Shown here one piece after another: positions 22,339 through 32,003 of a stretch of 64,000 nt of DNA. How positions within the stretch are numbered: position 1 is the first letter of the stretch; each line of letters opens with the position of its first letter. Below the pieces are notes generated by a model. It did not search any database. It was not told the DNA's origin and was given only the letters and a program-made list of their open reading frames with translations. Origin of the DNA: a bacterium (GTDB lineage Bacteria > UBA8248); contig OZ253442.1 in NCBI GenBank assembly GCA_965261085.1, positions 3,552,001 to 3,616,000 on the forward strand, given 5' to 3'. The translations under genes were made by a program, and so were the position numbers.

Positions 22339-23159
22339 GGGGATGCGCGTCTCGCCAGAAAGGCCAGAATCGCCGCAGCCGAGGCTTCGGGGCGTTCTGA
22401 ATAAAAGTGATGGCCCGTGTTCTCGACCACGACCAGTTCGGCCCCCGGAATTCTCCCGGCCATGCGCCTTGAATTCTCCGTCGGCACGAGAACGTCGGCC
22501 TCGCCCGAGATGACGAGCGTACGCACACGCAAGGTCTCGATCTCTTCAGAAACATCAAATTCCGCCATCCCCTTGTTGCGCCTTGCTATCTCTTCTTTGC
22601 TGATGGGGAAGCGGCGCTTGAAGCCGTCGTAAAAATCGACCACTTCGGGCCTTTCGTCTATCGTTTCGGGATGGAAGATGGTCTCCAGCGCCGCCCGGCG
22701 TTCATCTTCCGTCGCATCGGGCGCGCCGCCGCGCGCGCGCGTCTCCCGGACGCCGGGCGCAGACGCGACTTTATCTTCCCCTCCGAAATGAGAGCACGCG
22801 ACGATGAGGCTTTTGAGTCTTTGGGGGTGTTGCACCGCGAAGGAGAGAGCTATCGTCCCGCCGTAGGAGCCGCCCATGAGGTGAAAAGAATCCAGGCCCA
22901 GGCCATCGACCAGCCCCAGGAGGTCTTCCGCCATGCGCGCGGGCGCGCGGTCGCCGTCTTCATGATGCGCCTTCGTTCTGCCCGTCCCCCGGTTGTCCGG
23001 CATGACGAGGCGATATTGCGCCGCGAGAAGGGGCCTCAACTTCCCCCAGACCTCCACGGTGGCCGTGAGGCCGCCGACCATCACCAGCGGCTCGCCCGCG
23101 CCCTCTTCCTCGTAGTAGACCTCGACTTTTCCCCGGCTCTCGATTTCCAGCGTCGCCAC
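22335..23159 (-). CDS. alpha/beta hydrolase (enol-lactonase-like)
   Basis: DNRGTG, GGSYGG nucleophile elbow, GEAD, GHH. Confidence 0.88.
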   Translation of the reverse strand: MATLEIESRGKVEVYYEEEGAGEPLVMVGGLTATVEVWGKLRPLLAAQYRLVMPDNRGTGRTKAHHEDGDRAPARMAEDLLGLVDGLGLDSFHLMGGSYGGTIALSFAVQHPQRLKSLIVACSHFGGEDKVASAPGVRETRARGGAPDATEDERRAALETIFHPETIDERPEVVDFYDGFKRRFPISKEEIARRNKGMAEFDVSEEIETLRVRTLVISGEADVLVPTENSRRMAGRIPGAELVVVENTGHHFYSERPEASAAAILAFLARRASP

Positions 23160-23261
23160 TTCAAAAAACTCCTCCGTCGCGTTTTACATTCTGGCAGATA
23201 AGCGCGCATGGTCGGCTTGTGTCTTCGCCACTCCACCCCTCGCCGTCACACGAAACACGAC

Positions 23262-24440
23262 TTACGCGCCCAGTTTCTCGGCCATCCAGTCCGCCATGTG
23301 CCCCACGACGGGCGCAATGTAGTCCATGTGGCAATGCTGGGAGCCGCCGTCCTGGCCCTTGTAAACCCTGAGCGTTTTGTCTTTGGAACCCGACGCCTTG
23401 TAGAGCGATTTCGCATCCGCGAGCGGGATTTGCTGATCGTCCTCCCCGTGCACCAGCAGGAAGGGGCACTTCATCTTCTGCACCACGCCGTCGAGGCGGA
23501 AGCCTTCGAGCTTCTCCAAGCCCTCCTCCGCCGTCTTGACGTTGAAACTCCACGCCAGGTGATTCCCCGGCGAGGGAAGCTGAATCTTGAACGCCGCGTC
23601 GATGCGCCTTTTCCAGATGGCGTGGTAGTCCCAAATCGCGCCGTGGGCGACGCACGCCTTGAAGCGGCGCTCCATGCCGGCGGTTCTGGGCGCGTAATAC
23701 CCCCCCAGGCTCGACGCCATGATGCCTGCGCGCTTCGCGTTCACATCCTTACGTTTCTCCAGCCAGTCGAGAATCGCCGAACCCGCCACCTCGTAATCGT
23801 GCCTCAAATAAATCTTGCGGAAGCGGATGGCCTCGCCCACCCCCGGGGTGTCGGGTACCACCACGCTCATGCCCCGCCGGGCCAGTTCCCTCGCCGAAAT
23901 GATCACGGGCGATTCCTTCGTGCCGTCGAAACCGGTGTAGAGCACGACCACGGGCGGTTTTGATTTCCGCGTATTCTCGGCGTGAACGAAATAGCCGGGA
24001 AGCGATTTACCCCCCTCATAGGGAATCTCGACGATCTCCGTCTTGGGCCTGTCGTTCAGGCGGACGTAGCGCTTGAAGCTGTCGATGGATTTCCGGTAAA
24101 CGCCCTGCGACACCTTATCCTTCGGGAAGCGGAACCGATCGGCCATCTGATGATAGGTGGCGGAGCGGCAAAAATGGCCCGCCGCCGTGAGCTTGTGGCC
24201 GCGCCGAACAGCCGCCATCCCCATCGCCCGCAAGCGATCGCCCATGCGGGCCCACTCCTCGAACCAGTGCGCGTCGCTGCCGGGGTTTTTCTCCAGATTT
24301 CTGCAAACCTCAAAGATTTCCGCCGGGTCGGCCCCGCCGCCCGCCACGCGCATCAGGCCGATGGAGACGATGAACGACCAGCGATAGTTATCGGGAAAGT
24401 ATGTGAACCATGGAATATTGCGTACCGCGTTGACGACCAT
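23262..24440 (-). CDS. alpha/beta hydrolase, FrsA / 2,6-dihydroxypseudooxynicotine hydrolase-like
   Basis: EIPYEG..LPGY, GFDGTKE, DTPGVGE, ASSLGGYY, HC; AGAGGAG SD. Confidence 0.8.
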   Translation of the reverse strand: MVVNAVRNIPWFTYFPDNYRWSFIVSIGLMRVAGGGADPAEIFEVCRNLEKNPGSDAHWFEEWARMGDRLRAMGMAAVRRGHKLTAAGHFCRSATYHQMADRFRFPKDKVSQGVYRKSIDSFKRYVRLNDRPKTEIVEIPYEGGKSLPGYFVHAENTRKSKPPVVVLYTGFDGTKESPVIISARELARRGMSVVVPDTPGVGEAIRFRKIYLRHDYEVAGSAILDWLEKRKDVNAKRAGIMASSLGGYYAPRTAGMERRFKACVAHGAIWDYHAIWKRRIDAAFKIQLPSPGNHLAWSFNVKTAEEGLEKLEGFRLDGVVQKMKCPFLLVHGEDDQQIPLADAKSLYKASGSKDKTLRVYKGQDGGSQHCHMDYIAPVVGHMADWMAEKLGA

Positions 24441-24674
24441 GCGTTTTCTCCTCTGGTGCAAGAATCTGGAATAAAACAACTCTCATAGATGATGAAAGTA
24501 TACGCGAGATGACGCTTTTCTTGGAATCGGGTTATGATTCCCCGATCAAAACGAAGAACACCTTTCCGCAATCCATCACCCTGACAGGAGAGTTGATTGT
24601 AATACCATCCCCGTTTTTCCACAGGCGAAGTGAACAACACTCATCAACCATTTATAAACGCAGGGGAGTATGAA

Positions 24675-25091
24675 ATGCCTTTTTACAGCACCGAAACCAT
24701 CGAGAACGTACAGCTCAGCACGGGGAATCCGGGCGAGTACAAGCCCCTCGCCGGGGAATTCATGAAGGCGGGCGTCGTCACCTACCGGAAGGGCACGGGC
24801 TCCAAGCCTCACTGGCACAACAACGAGGAGCAATACGTCTACATCATCGTGGGCAAGCGATACATGCGACTGGGCGATGAGGAGAAAATCATCGGCCCCG
24901 GCGACATCATTCACATTCCCCGGGGAACGCTCCACGGAGGCAGGACGCTCACCGAAAAAGCGGTGATGTTCGTGGCGAAATCACCCGCCGAAGATCCCGA
25001 CCTGGGCGCGGACCACCACTACCCCGGCGATCTGGCGGACATCATCAAGCACCTGGAAGCCAAGGCGGAGGAACTCTACGGCACCGTTTAA
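24675..25091 (+). CDS. cupin domain protein
   Basis: PHWH..EEQ and GDIIHIP.G..H cupin motifs. Confidence 0.88.
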   Translation: MPFYSTETIENVQLSTGNPGEYKPLAGEFMKAGVVTYRKGTGSKPHWHNNEEQYVYIIVGKRYMRLGDEEKIIGPGDIIHIPRGTLHGGRTLTEKAVMFVAKSPAEDPDLGADHHYPGDLADIIKHLEAKAEELYGTV

Positions 25092-25094
25092 CCT

Positions 25095-25266
25095 GTAGGG
25101 GCCGCATATATGCGTCCCTGCTCTTTCGCCTTCAAAACACGGGCCGCATATATGTGTGGCGGACATATATGTCCGACCTACGGGTCAATCCCGGCTGAGG
25201 AGGGACGGGTTTCCGTAGTGGCAGTTCCTCCTCGGGAGCGTCCCTACGAGAGCAACCTGCCCCTAC
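25095..25266. repeat. cluster of GTAG/CTAC-tagged REP-like palindromes
   Basis: GTAGGGGCCGCATATATGCGTCCC ... GGGCCGCATATATG...CCTAC, plus further CCCTAC halves. Confidence 0.7.
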
Positions 25267-25282
25267 CAGAAGGCGCCATCTT

Positions 25283-26413
25283 TCACAGTTTCCAGCGCAG
25301 GGCGACGTGCAGGCCGATATCGGGCGCGGCATGCCGCGAGCCGTCGTCTTCGGTAACGGCGATTTCAAGCGTTGCGCGCTCGGTGAGTTTCAACGCGCCG
25401 CCGAAACCCAGCATGACGCCCGGGTCAGCCAGCGGAGATACGCCAGAAGAGCCGTAGGGAGAGGAATGGACGTCCACCTGCACCGTAAGGGTGAGGCGCG
25501 GCAGGGGCCGCCACGTTACGCCGAAGCGCCCAAAGGCGATGAATTCACCGCCAAGTCCCGGGAGATTCCGCGGCGCCTTTGCGAGGAGCGCTCCCAAAGT
25601 AGCCGCGTAGAGCCAACGGCGCGATTCGGCGGATCCTGGCAGCGCGCCCGAGGTTTCCGCCCAGATAGAGGCCGAAAGACCGCCCGAGCCCGCCAGTAAA
25701 TCCTGATCGCCGGTCGGCAGCTTCACGCTCGCTCGAATCGCCAGCCCGTCATTCGAGAAACCCCACTGCGGCGACGCATAGCCCACTCCCAGGCTGATGT
25801 CCCCGAAGGAGGAGACATTTTCTCGGATATCGACATAGGCGCCGGCGCCGTCACGGTAGAAGAGCGCCAACCTGTCATGCGGCACTCTGTCCCTGTCATT
25901 CTGGGCCAGACCGAAAAAATCGTGCCAATTCTCAATGAACGAGTCGAACACGCCGGTGCGATGCGCAACGATGGGCGCTTCGGCGAACCACTCCCACCGA
26001 TCCCGGAATCCGCCACGCAGGGCGAGCGCGAACCTGTACGTCTCACCGTCAAGAAAGATGTTTTCTGAGCCGGAGTTCTCCCACACTAGGTAGGAAGCGA
26101 TATCCGTGGAAACAATCAGTTCCGACGAGCCCGGCTTCAGGACGTGCGCGCCGAAAGAAGCGGGCACACCGTAAAGGAGATGAAACGGGTTGAGGTTCAC
26201 GATGCGCAGCGGCTCGGCAACGCTGCCCCAGCCCGGTTTATCTCCGATTCGCTCGGAGGCGGAGGCGTCCGAGAAAAAGACGCACAAAGCGAGAACATAG
26301 AGGAGGCAGGGAATCCACCCGGAATGGACTCGGCCTGGGGAACGTTTCACATTCCGGTGGCTTGCGCCGTCTTTCAAACCCGATTCTCCTTCGTATTGCG
26401 TATCCATTTTCAA
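25283..26413 (-). CDS. DUF3187-like outer-membrane beta-barrel protein
   Basis: Signal-like hydrophobic stretch, NLNPF, DGE, FDSFIENWHDFFG, GDISL, KLPTG, amphipathic C-terminal strand; true start likely downstream of 26413. Confidence 0.7.
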   Translation of the reverse strand: MKMDTQYEGESGLKDGASHRNVKRSPGRVHSGWIPCLLYVLALCVFFSDASASERIGDKPGWGSVAEPLRIVNLNPFHLLYGVPASFGAHVLKPGSSELIVSTDIASYLVWENSGSENIFLDGETYRFALALRGGFRDRWEWFAEAPIVAHRTGVFDSFIENWHDFFGLAQNDRDRVPHDRLALFYRDGAGAYVDIRENVSSFGDISLGVGYASPQWGFSNDGLAIRASVKLPTGDQDLLAGSGGLSASIWAETSGALPGSAESRRWLYAATLGALLAKAPRNLPGLGGEFIAFGRFGVTWRPLPRLTLTVQVDVHSSPYGSSGVSPLADPGVMLGFGGALKLTERATLEIAVTEDDGSRHAAPDIGLHVALRWKL

Positions 26414-26450
26414 ACCGCGCCTCGGGCAACCTCAACTCCTTCCCCACATA

Positions 26451-26488
26451 ATCTGGCGGACACCATCAAGCACTTGAGACGCCAAGGC
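26451..26488 (+). repeat. imperfect direct copy of the cupin gene 3' region (25030-25066)
   Basis: ATCTGGCGGACAcCATCAAGCACtTGagacGCCAAGGC versus ATCTGGCGGACAtCATCAAGCACcTGgaaGCCAAGGC. Confidence 0.8.
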
Positions 26489-26513
26489 TGTTGGTATAGG
26501 TCGCGACCTGCCC

Positions 26514-26894
26514 CTAGAACGGACCGTCCGCAGGCGGCGCATCGGGAGCGGCTTCGCCCGCGGCCACGCCTTTTAAGCTCCAGGTGGTGTCCTTGACGTA
26601 GATGGCTTCGACCTCCTCGATGATCTCCGCGGCGTGGACCTCGTTCGCCGGCACGTGGATGACGTCGCCCGGCCCCAAATCGTACTCCTCACCGCCCACC
26701 GTGAACTTCTGCCTACCCCGCATGATGTAGATGAACTGCTCGCAGGCGTGGTAATGCGGCTTCGCCTGCGTGCCCGCCTCCCAGATGCGGTGGCAGAAAT
26801 ACATCTTCTCCCCCCTGATGGTCTCCCCATGCCCTGAGGAGAGGCCGGGATTCTGGTGTACGTCCTTCAAATCCTCAAATCTGTATATGGGCAT
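26514..26894 (-). CDS. cupin domain protein
   Basis: PHYH.CEQ and GDVIHVPAN..H motifs; GGAG SD. Confidence 0.88.
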   Translation of the reverse strand: MPIYRFEDLKDVHQNPGLSSGHGETIRGEKMYFCHRIWEAGTQAKPHYHACEQFIYIMRGRQKFTVGGEEYDLGPGDVIHVPANEVHAAEIIEEVEAIYVKDTTWSLKGVAAGEAAPDAPPADGPF

Positions 26895-27108
26895 TTTAAT
26901 ACTCCTGCATATGAGGTCTCTCGCCGAAAATGCGAGAGGAACTCAAAAGAAAAGATGTTGAAGATGAGCCTTTCATACTCCTTTACCGTTCAACCATCCT
27001 CCCAAAATCGAGGGAGGTATTGAAGAGGGAAAATAACGCAGCCGGGGCTTTCATACTCCTTGCGTTTTCGTGCCCCCGCGCCTTCGATGACGACGCGGCG
27101 CTCCCTCA

Positions 27109-27993
27109 TCACCCCCGCACCTTGCGGATAAACTCCGCCACCGCCCGGCCGATCTCATCGGGGCAATCCTCCTGCCCGTAGTGGCGCGTCGGGATGGTTA
27201 CCTCCTCCTGGTTCGGCCACGTTCGGCAGAACGCGCGCGCGGCCCCGGCCAGCGCGTGGCCGTACTCGCAGTTGATGAACAGCTTGGGGAGATTATCGCT
27301 CGCGCGCAGATAATCACTGTATCGCTTCACGATCTCGTAGTTATCTCGAGGCTCGTCCTCGAAGGGAATCTCGCAGGCCCACTGGTGGGTCTGCCTCCTT
27401 TTCTGCGGGTCCTCGGTGGGTGCGCGGTAGGCCTCTTTTTCCGCCTCGCTCAACTCGCGCACGATGCCGCGCTTGAGGAGCATGGTCTCCACGAAGAAAT
27501 TATTTTCCATGATCATCGCGAGCCCCGACTCGCCGCGCAGCGTCTTGAACTGCGCGACTCTCTCTTCAGGCATGTCGGTCCACAGACGCGGCCGCACCAT
27601 GGACTCCATATAGGACAGACCAATCACCTGCTCGGGATGCCGGGCGAGGCGGTTGAACCCGAGCGCCGCCCCCCAGTCGTGGAGTACCAAAAACGCATTC
27701 TTCGTCGCCCCCACCGCCTCGAACCACGCATCCAGATAAGGGATGTGATCTGTATACCGGCAGCCTCCGCCGGGAATGTTGTCCGACGCCCCGCTGTTCA
27801 TGAGGTCGGGCGCCAGACATCGGCCCAGGCCTTCCAAATGGGGGATCACGTTTCGCCACAGATAAGAAGTCGCCGGATTTCCGTGCAACAACACGATCGG
27901 CGCACCCTCCCCTGCTTCGATGTAGGCCATCTCCGCGTCGAGCACTCTGACGCGCTTTCTCTCATAAGGATCATTTGGCGAAACGGGACTCAT
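27109..27993 (-). CDS. haloalkane dehalogenase (HLD-II-like)
   Basis: LHGNP, HDWG (Asp nucleophile and Trp), YMES (Glu), H.GQED (His). Confidence 0.88.
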   Translation of the reverse strand: MSPVSPNDPYERKRVRVLDAEMAYIEAGEGAPIVLLHGNPATSYLWRNVIPHLEGLGRCLAPDLMNSGASDNIPGGGCRYTDHIPYLDAWFEAVGATKNAFLVLHDWGAALGFNRLARHPEQVIGLSYMESMVRPRLWTDMPEERVAQFKTLRGESGLAMIMENNFFVETMLLKRGIVRELSEAEKEAYRAPTEDPQKRRQTHQWACEIPFEDEPRDNYEIVKRYSDYLRASDNLPKLFINCEYGHALAGAARAFCRTWPNQEEVTIPTRHYGQEDCPDEIGRAVAEFIRKVRG

Positions 27994-28046
27994 CAGAGAC
28001 TCCTGTTATACGAACATGATTTGCGAGGACGCGCATCGCGCCCGCT

Positions 28047-28418
28047 TCAGTTGGGCGCGCCCTCTTCCTCGCGGGGTTCGATGAGTTCTAGCCGCGCGTC
28101 GCCCTCCAGCATTCCCACCCTATAAAAGGTGTGCGCCAGAGACTGCGGGGATTTTAATACGCGCACCCTTTCTGAGCCACTCAAAAGGAGCCGTATGAGA
28201 TCCACCATGCGGGCGACGGCGGAACCGTCGATTAGCTCCAACTCCTCCAAATCCAGGCTCGTGAGGTCTGCACCCAAGACTTGGCCTTCCATCGCCTCCA
28301 GGACGCGGGCCGCTCCCTCTGAGTCCAGATCGCCGGATAGCGTGAAGCGGGCGCCCGGGGTGGATTTTCTGAGTTCATAGTGAGGATGCGAGAGCAGAAT
28401 TCTTTCTTGGGGATTCAC
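28047..28418 (-). CDS. STAS-domain-like protein
   Basis: LSGDLD...LDL.EL.LIDGS...M..L pattern of STAS/anti-sigma antagonists; co-oriented within the operon. Confidence 0.6.
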   Translation of the reverse strand: MNPQERILLSHPHYELRKSTPGARFTLSGDLDSEGAARVLEAMEGQVLGADLTSLDLEELELIDGSAVARMVDLIRLLLSGSERVRVLKSPQSLAHTFYRVGMLEGDARLELIEPREEEGAPN

Positions 28419-28430
28419 CGCGAATGGGGC

Positions 28431-29519
28431 TTAATGGGATTGGACGCCCGTGAGGGGAAAATCTATGGGCCGATTTTCTTTCGCGCTGTGCTCGATCGCC
28501 AGCGTCACTTCGAGCACCGTGCGGGCGTGTTCGGGCAGTGCGAGCGAGACGCTCCGGCCCATCGTCACGCGTTCCAGGAAAAGCCTCGTCTCATCGCGCA
28601 TCGGCCCCCAGAAATCGCCCAAAAGCCAATCGCCCGCCATCATCGACTCCAGGAACACGACGTCCGACGTCATGCCGTCCACGTAGGGCGAGGGAACGCC
28701 CTTGTTCGTCGCCATGATGGCGTTCTTGTGCGAATCATCTATCGCGATGGCCCCCTCGGTGCCCATGACTTCGAGGTCGATGGAGGTGATGTTCGCCGGC
28801 CAGTTGTCGGGCAGAATCCAGGAGCAGCCGAAGTTCACGGTGCCGCCGTCCTCGAACGTGAGAATCGCCCACGCCCAGTCCCCGCAGCCCATGGGATGGT
28901 GCGGGAACACCTTGCTGCCCCCCTGGGCGTAGACGCGCTTGGGTTTTCTGCCCTCGAAATACCACAGGCAGATATCCACCATGTAGGTGAGCGTGTCGGT
29001 GACGGGACCCGCGTGGGCGGCGCGCTTGTATATCTCCGCCCCGTTGGTCATGACGTTATACAGCGTGGCCCGCGCGGTTTGCAGATGCCCCAACCGCCCG
29101 CGCTGGATCTGTTCTTTCGCGTTCAGGAAACGGCGTCTTTGCCGCTGCGTGTAGCCGATGAAGAGTTCCGCGCTTGATTTCTCATACGCCGCGAGAATCC
29201 TGTCCGCATCATCCAGAGACAGGGATATCGGTTTTTCGCACAGCACGGGCTTCCCGAGTTCCAGCGCCCGGCAAACGGCGTCGGCGTGATCGAACTCGGG
29301 TGTCGAGACGATCACGGCGTCCACGTCGGGGTGTGCGAGCACCTCCTCGTTGTCGCCCGAGTGGAAATCGGCCTGTGTTTCTCCTGCGATGAGCGCAGCG
29401 CGTTCGGGATCTCTATCCGAGAGCGCCAGAAACTTGACTTCCGGCGAACCGGACGCAAGATGCGCGCGCAGCCTCCCCATGCGTCCCGAACCTATGATGC
29501 CCAACCCGATTTGCTTCAC
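28431..29519 (-). CDS. Gfo/Idh/MocA family oxidoreductase
   Basis: GIIGSGRMG, VSTPE..H, CEKP; paralog of the next gene. Confidence 0.92.
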   Translation of the reverse strand: MKQIGLGIIGSGRMGRLRAHLASGSPEVKFLALSDRDPERAALIAGETQADFHSGDNEEVLAHPDVDAVIVSTPEFDHADAVCRALELGKPVLCEKPISLSLDDADRILAAYEKSSAELFIGYTQRQRRRFLNAKEQIQRGRLGHLQTARATLYNVMTNGAEIYKRAAHAGPVTDTLTYMVDICLWYFEGRKPKRVYAQGGSKVFPHHPMGCGDWAWAILTFEDGGTVNFGCSWILPDNWPANITSIDLEVMGTEGAIAIDDSHKNAIMATNKGVPSPYVDGMTSDVVFLESMMAGDWLLGDFWGPMRDETRLFLERVTMGRSVSLALPEHARTVLEVTLAIEHSAKENRPIDFPLTGVQSH

Positions 29520-29523
29520 TTTT

Positions 29524-30615
29524 TCATCCCTTAAACGGTAGTTCGATGACCTCGCCGCCCCGGCGGACACTCTCTTCCATCGCCAGCGTGAGTTCGAGCA
29601 CCGAGCGCGCCGTTTCCGCGTCGCAAAGCGGCACCTCTTTTCCGGTCGTCACGCGCTCCAGAAACAGCCTCGTCTCATCGCGCATCGGCCCCACGAAATC
29701 GCCCACGGCCCAATCCCCAGGCATGGCGGAGCCCAGAAAGGCGACCTCCACCGAGGAGTCGGGCGCATAGGGCGAGGGGACGCGCTCGTTGCCCACCATC
29801 ATCACGTCCTTGTGGCCGTCGTCGATGCGTATCGCGCCCTCGCTCCCGAAAATGTCCATGCTGATGGTCGCCACCGAGGCGGGCCAATGCTCGGGCAGCG
29901 CCCAGTTCCCGCCCAGACACGCCGCCGCCCCGTCGTCGAAGGTGACGATCGCCCAGCCGTAATCCCCCATCTGATCGGGATGATCGTGAAACACCTCGCT
30001 GCCCGCCTGCGCGTAGACGCGCACCGGCTTTCTGGGCTGGAAGAACCACAGCGCCATATCGGCCATGTAGGTGATCTCATCCGTAAAGGGGTTGGCGTGC
30101 GGCGCGCGCAGGTAGACCTGGCGCGCCGTGGGCCGCGTGTTGTAGATCGTCATGCGCGCGGTCATCACCTCGCCCAGGCGGCCCGCGTCGATGTGCTCCT
30201 TGACGGCCAGGAATTTTCTCCTGATCCGCTGCGTATAGCCGATGTAAAGCTCCGCGTCGCCTTTGGCTTTCGCCTCCAGAATCTTGTCCGCATCTGAGAG
30301 CGTGAGCGCAATAGGCTTTTCCACCAGCACGGATTTTCCGGCTTCGAGCGCCATGCAGATGGCTTCCGTGTGTTCGCCCTCGGGCGTGGAGACGATGAGC
30401 GCATCCACCTGGGGGTGTTCGATGACTTCACGGTTGTCCGAGGTATGAAAGGCCGCCTCGTTCTGCTGGGCCACGGCTCGTGCGCGCTGGGGGTCGATGT
30501 CCGATATGGCGAAAAAATTCACCACAGGCGAGGTCGCCGCAAGATGCGCGCGAAGCGAGCCGATTTTGCCCGCGCCGATCAGACCGATGCCTACCTCTTT
30601 CTTGCGAATCACCAT
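29524..30615 (-). CDS. Gfo/Idh/MocA family oxidoreductase
   Basis: GLIGAGKIG, VSTPE..H, VEKP. Confidence 0.92.
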   Translation of the reverse strand: MVIRKKEVGIGLIGAGKIGSLRAHLAATSPVVNFFAISDIDPQRARAVAQQNEAAFHTSDNREVIEHPQVDALIVSTPEGEHTEAICMALEAGKSVLVEKPIALTLSDADKILEAKAKGDAELYIGYTQRIRRKFLAVKEHIDAGRLGEVMTARMTIYNTRPTARQVYLRAPHANPFTDEITYMADMALWFFQPRKPVRVYAQAGSEVFHDHPDQMGDYGWAIVTFDDGAAACLGGNWALPEHWPASVATISMDIFGSEGAIRIDDGHKDVMMVGNERVPSPYAPDSSVEVAFLGSAMPGDWAVGDFVGPMRDETRLFLERVTTGKEVPLCDAETARSVLELTLAMEESVRRGGEVIELPFKG

Positions 30616-30848
30616 CTATGTATCTCCTTAAAGGTCGGCGAATCCTACAATCCCGCCTCCCACTTCGCAAGGTGCACAAGGTTCTCCCGGCGAAACCGGC
30701 GGAGAAGGCCGGAGATAGGCGTGAAAGATGGAAGACGGGAAACCGGGGGATGCTCCGGGCGCCGCCCTCCTCTGGCGAAGGCGGTGATAAAATTTTATAG
30801 TGCGTCGCCACATCACCGAAAAACCGGACCTGAATTGGAGGATATCTC

Positions 30849-31898
30849 TTGAACGCGCAAAATTCATTCGCCGCCGTTTTGCACGAACCGGGGAGGCTCG
30901 AACTCGTGGAGCGTCCCGCACCCGAACCCGGCCCCGGCGAGGTGCTCGTCGAAGTCGGCGCATGCGCGATATGCGGCAGCGATTTTCACCTGATCGACGG
31001 CCACGTGCGGCGCGCGAAATATCCCGTCGTGCCGGGCCATGAACTCATGGGCGTGGTGAGCGCGCTGGGTCCGGGCGCCGAAGGCGTGGAAGTCGGCGCG
31101 CGGGCCTGCATCGAGAACCACGTGCACTGCGGGGAGTGTTATTTCTGCAAGATGGGCCGGGTGAACCTGTGCAACAATTCGCGCTCCATCGGCATGAACG
31201 TGGACGGCGGCTACAGCCGGCACGTCGTAGCGCCCGCGAAGTCCGTGCTGCCCCTGCCGGATGAACTGGACGACGCCACGGCTTCGGTCATGCAGACGCT
31301 GGGCACGGGCTATCACGTCGTGATGAACCGCGCGCGGCTCGAGGCGGGCGAGAGCGTCGCCATCATCGGCATGGGGCCGGTGGGCTTGTGCGCGCTCGCC
31401 GCCGCGAAATACGCAGGCGCCCGCGTCATCGCCATCGACGCGGTGGCGGACAGGCTGGAAGTGGCGAGGGAGATGGGTGCTGATGAGACGATAGACGTAC
31501 GCGAGCACGATTCGGTTTCCACAGTCAAGGACTTGACCGGCGGCCACGGGGCGGACGCCGTTCTCGAAGTCGTGGGCGGCGCGCAGAACAAGACGATGGA
31601 ACAAGCCTTCGAGATGGCGCGCAAGGGCGGGCGCATCGTGGTCGTGGGCGCGTTCTCGGTGGATGCGCCCATACCGCTCGAACACCTCCAGCATTTGGAA
31701 AAAGAGATCATCGGCTCGCGCGGACACCCCGACACATTCGAGGTCTGCATCGACCTCGCCGCCCGGGGGGAGTTGAACGTAAAGCCCATGATCACACACC
31801 AGATACCCCTTTCCATGGTGCACCGGGGCATCGAGATGATGCGCGAGCGAAAAGACGGGGCCATCAAGGTGGTGCTCATTCCGAATCAGGAAAGCTGA
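30849..31898 (+). CDS. Zn-dependent medium-chain alcohol dehydrogenase (threonine/sorbitol DH-like)
   Basis: ICGSD, GHE, CGECYFC...C structural Zn site, GMGPVG. Confidence 0.92.
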   Translation: MNAQNSFAAVLHEPGRLELVERPAPEPGPGEVLVEVGACAICGSDFHLIDGHVRRAKYPVVPGHELMGVVSALGPGAEGVEVGARACIENHVHCGECYFCKMGRVNLCNNSRSIGMNVDGGYSRHVVAPAKSVLPLPDELDDATASVMQTLGTGYHVVMNRARLEAGESVAIIGMGPVGLCALAAAKYAGARVIAIDAVADRLEVAREMGADETIDVREHDSVSTVKDLTGGHGADAVLEVVGGAQNKTMEQAFEMARKGGRIVVVGAFSVDAPIPLEHLQHLEKEIIGSRGHPDTFEVCIDLAARGELNVKPMITHQIPLSMVHRGIEMMRERKDGAIKVVLIPNQES

Positions 31899-32003
31899 GT
31901 TGTATGCTTCCCGCCTGCCTTCTGGTCCCGATATTGTTTCCCTTATGAAAAAACCACACACACATAATTATGAAAGCATCGACGCAAGGAGAAAAAAACG
32001 ATC

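Noticed and set aside
26899-27061. CRISPR array (repeat with about 77-bp period)
   Set aside because: Only 2-3 repeats of 14 bp or less, no leader and no cas genes; kept as a non-CRISPR finding
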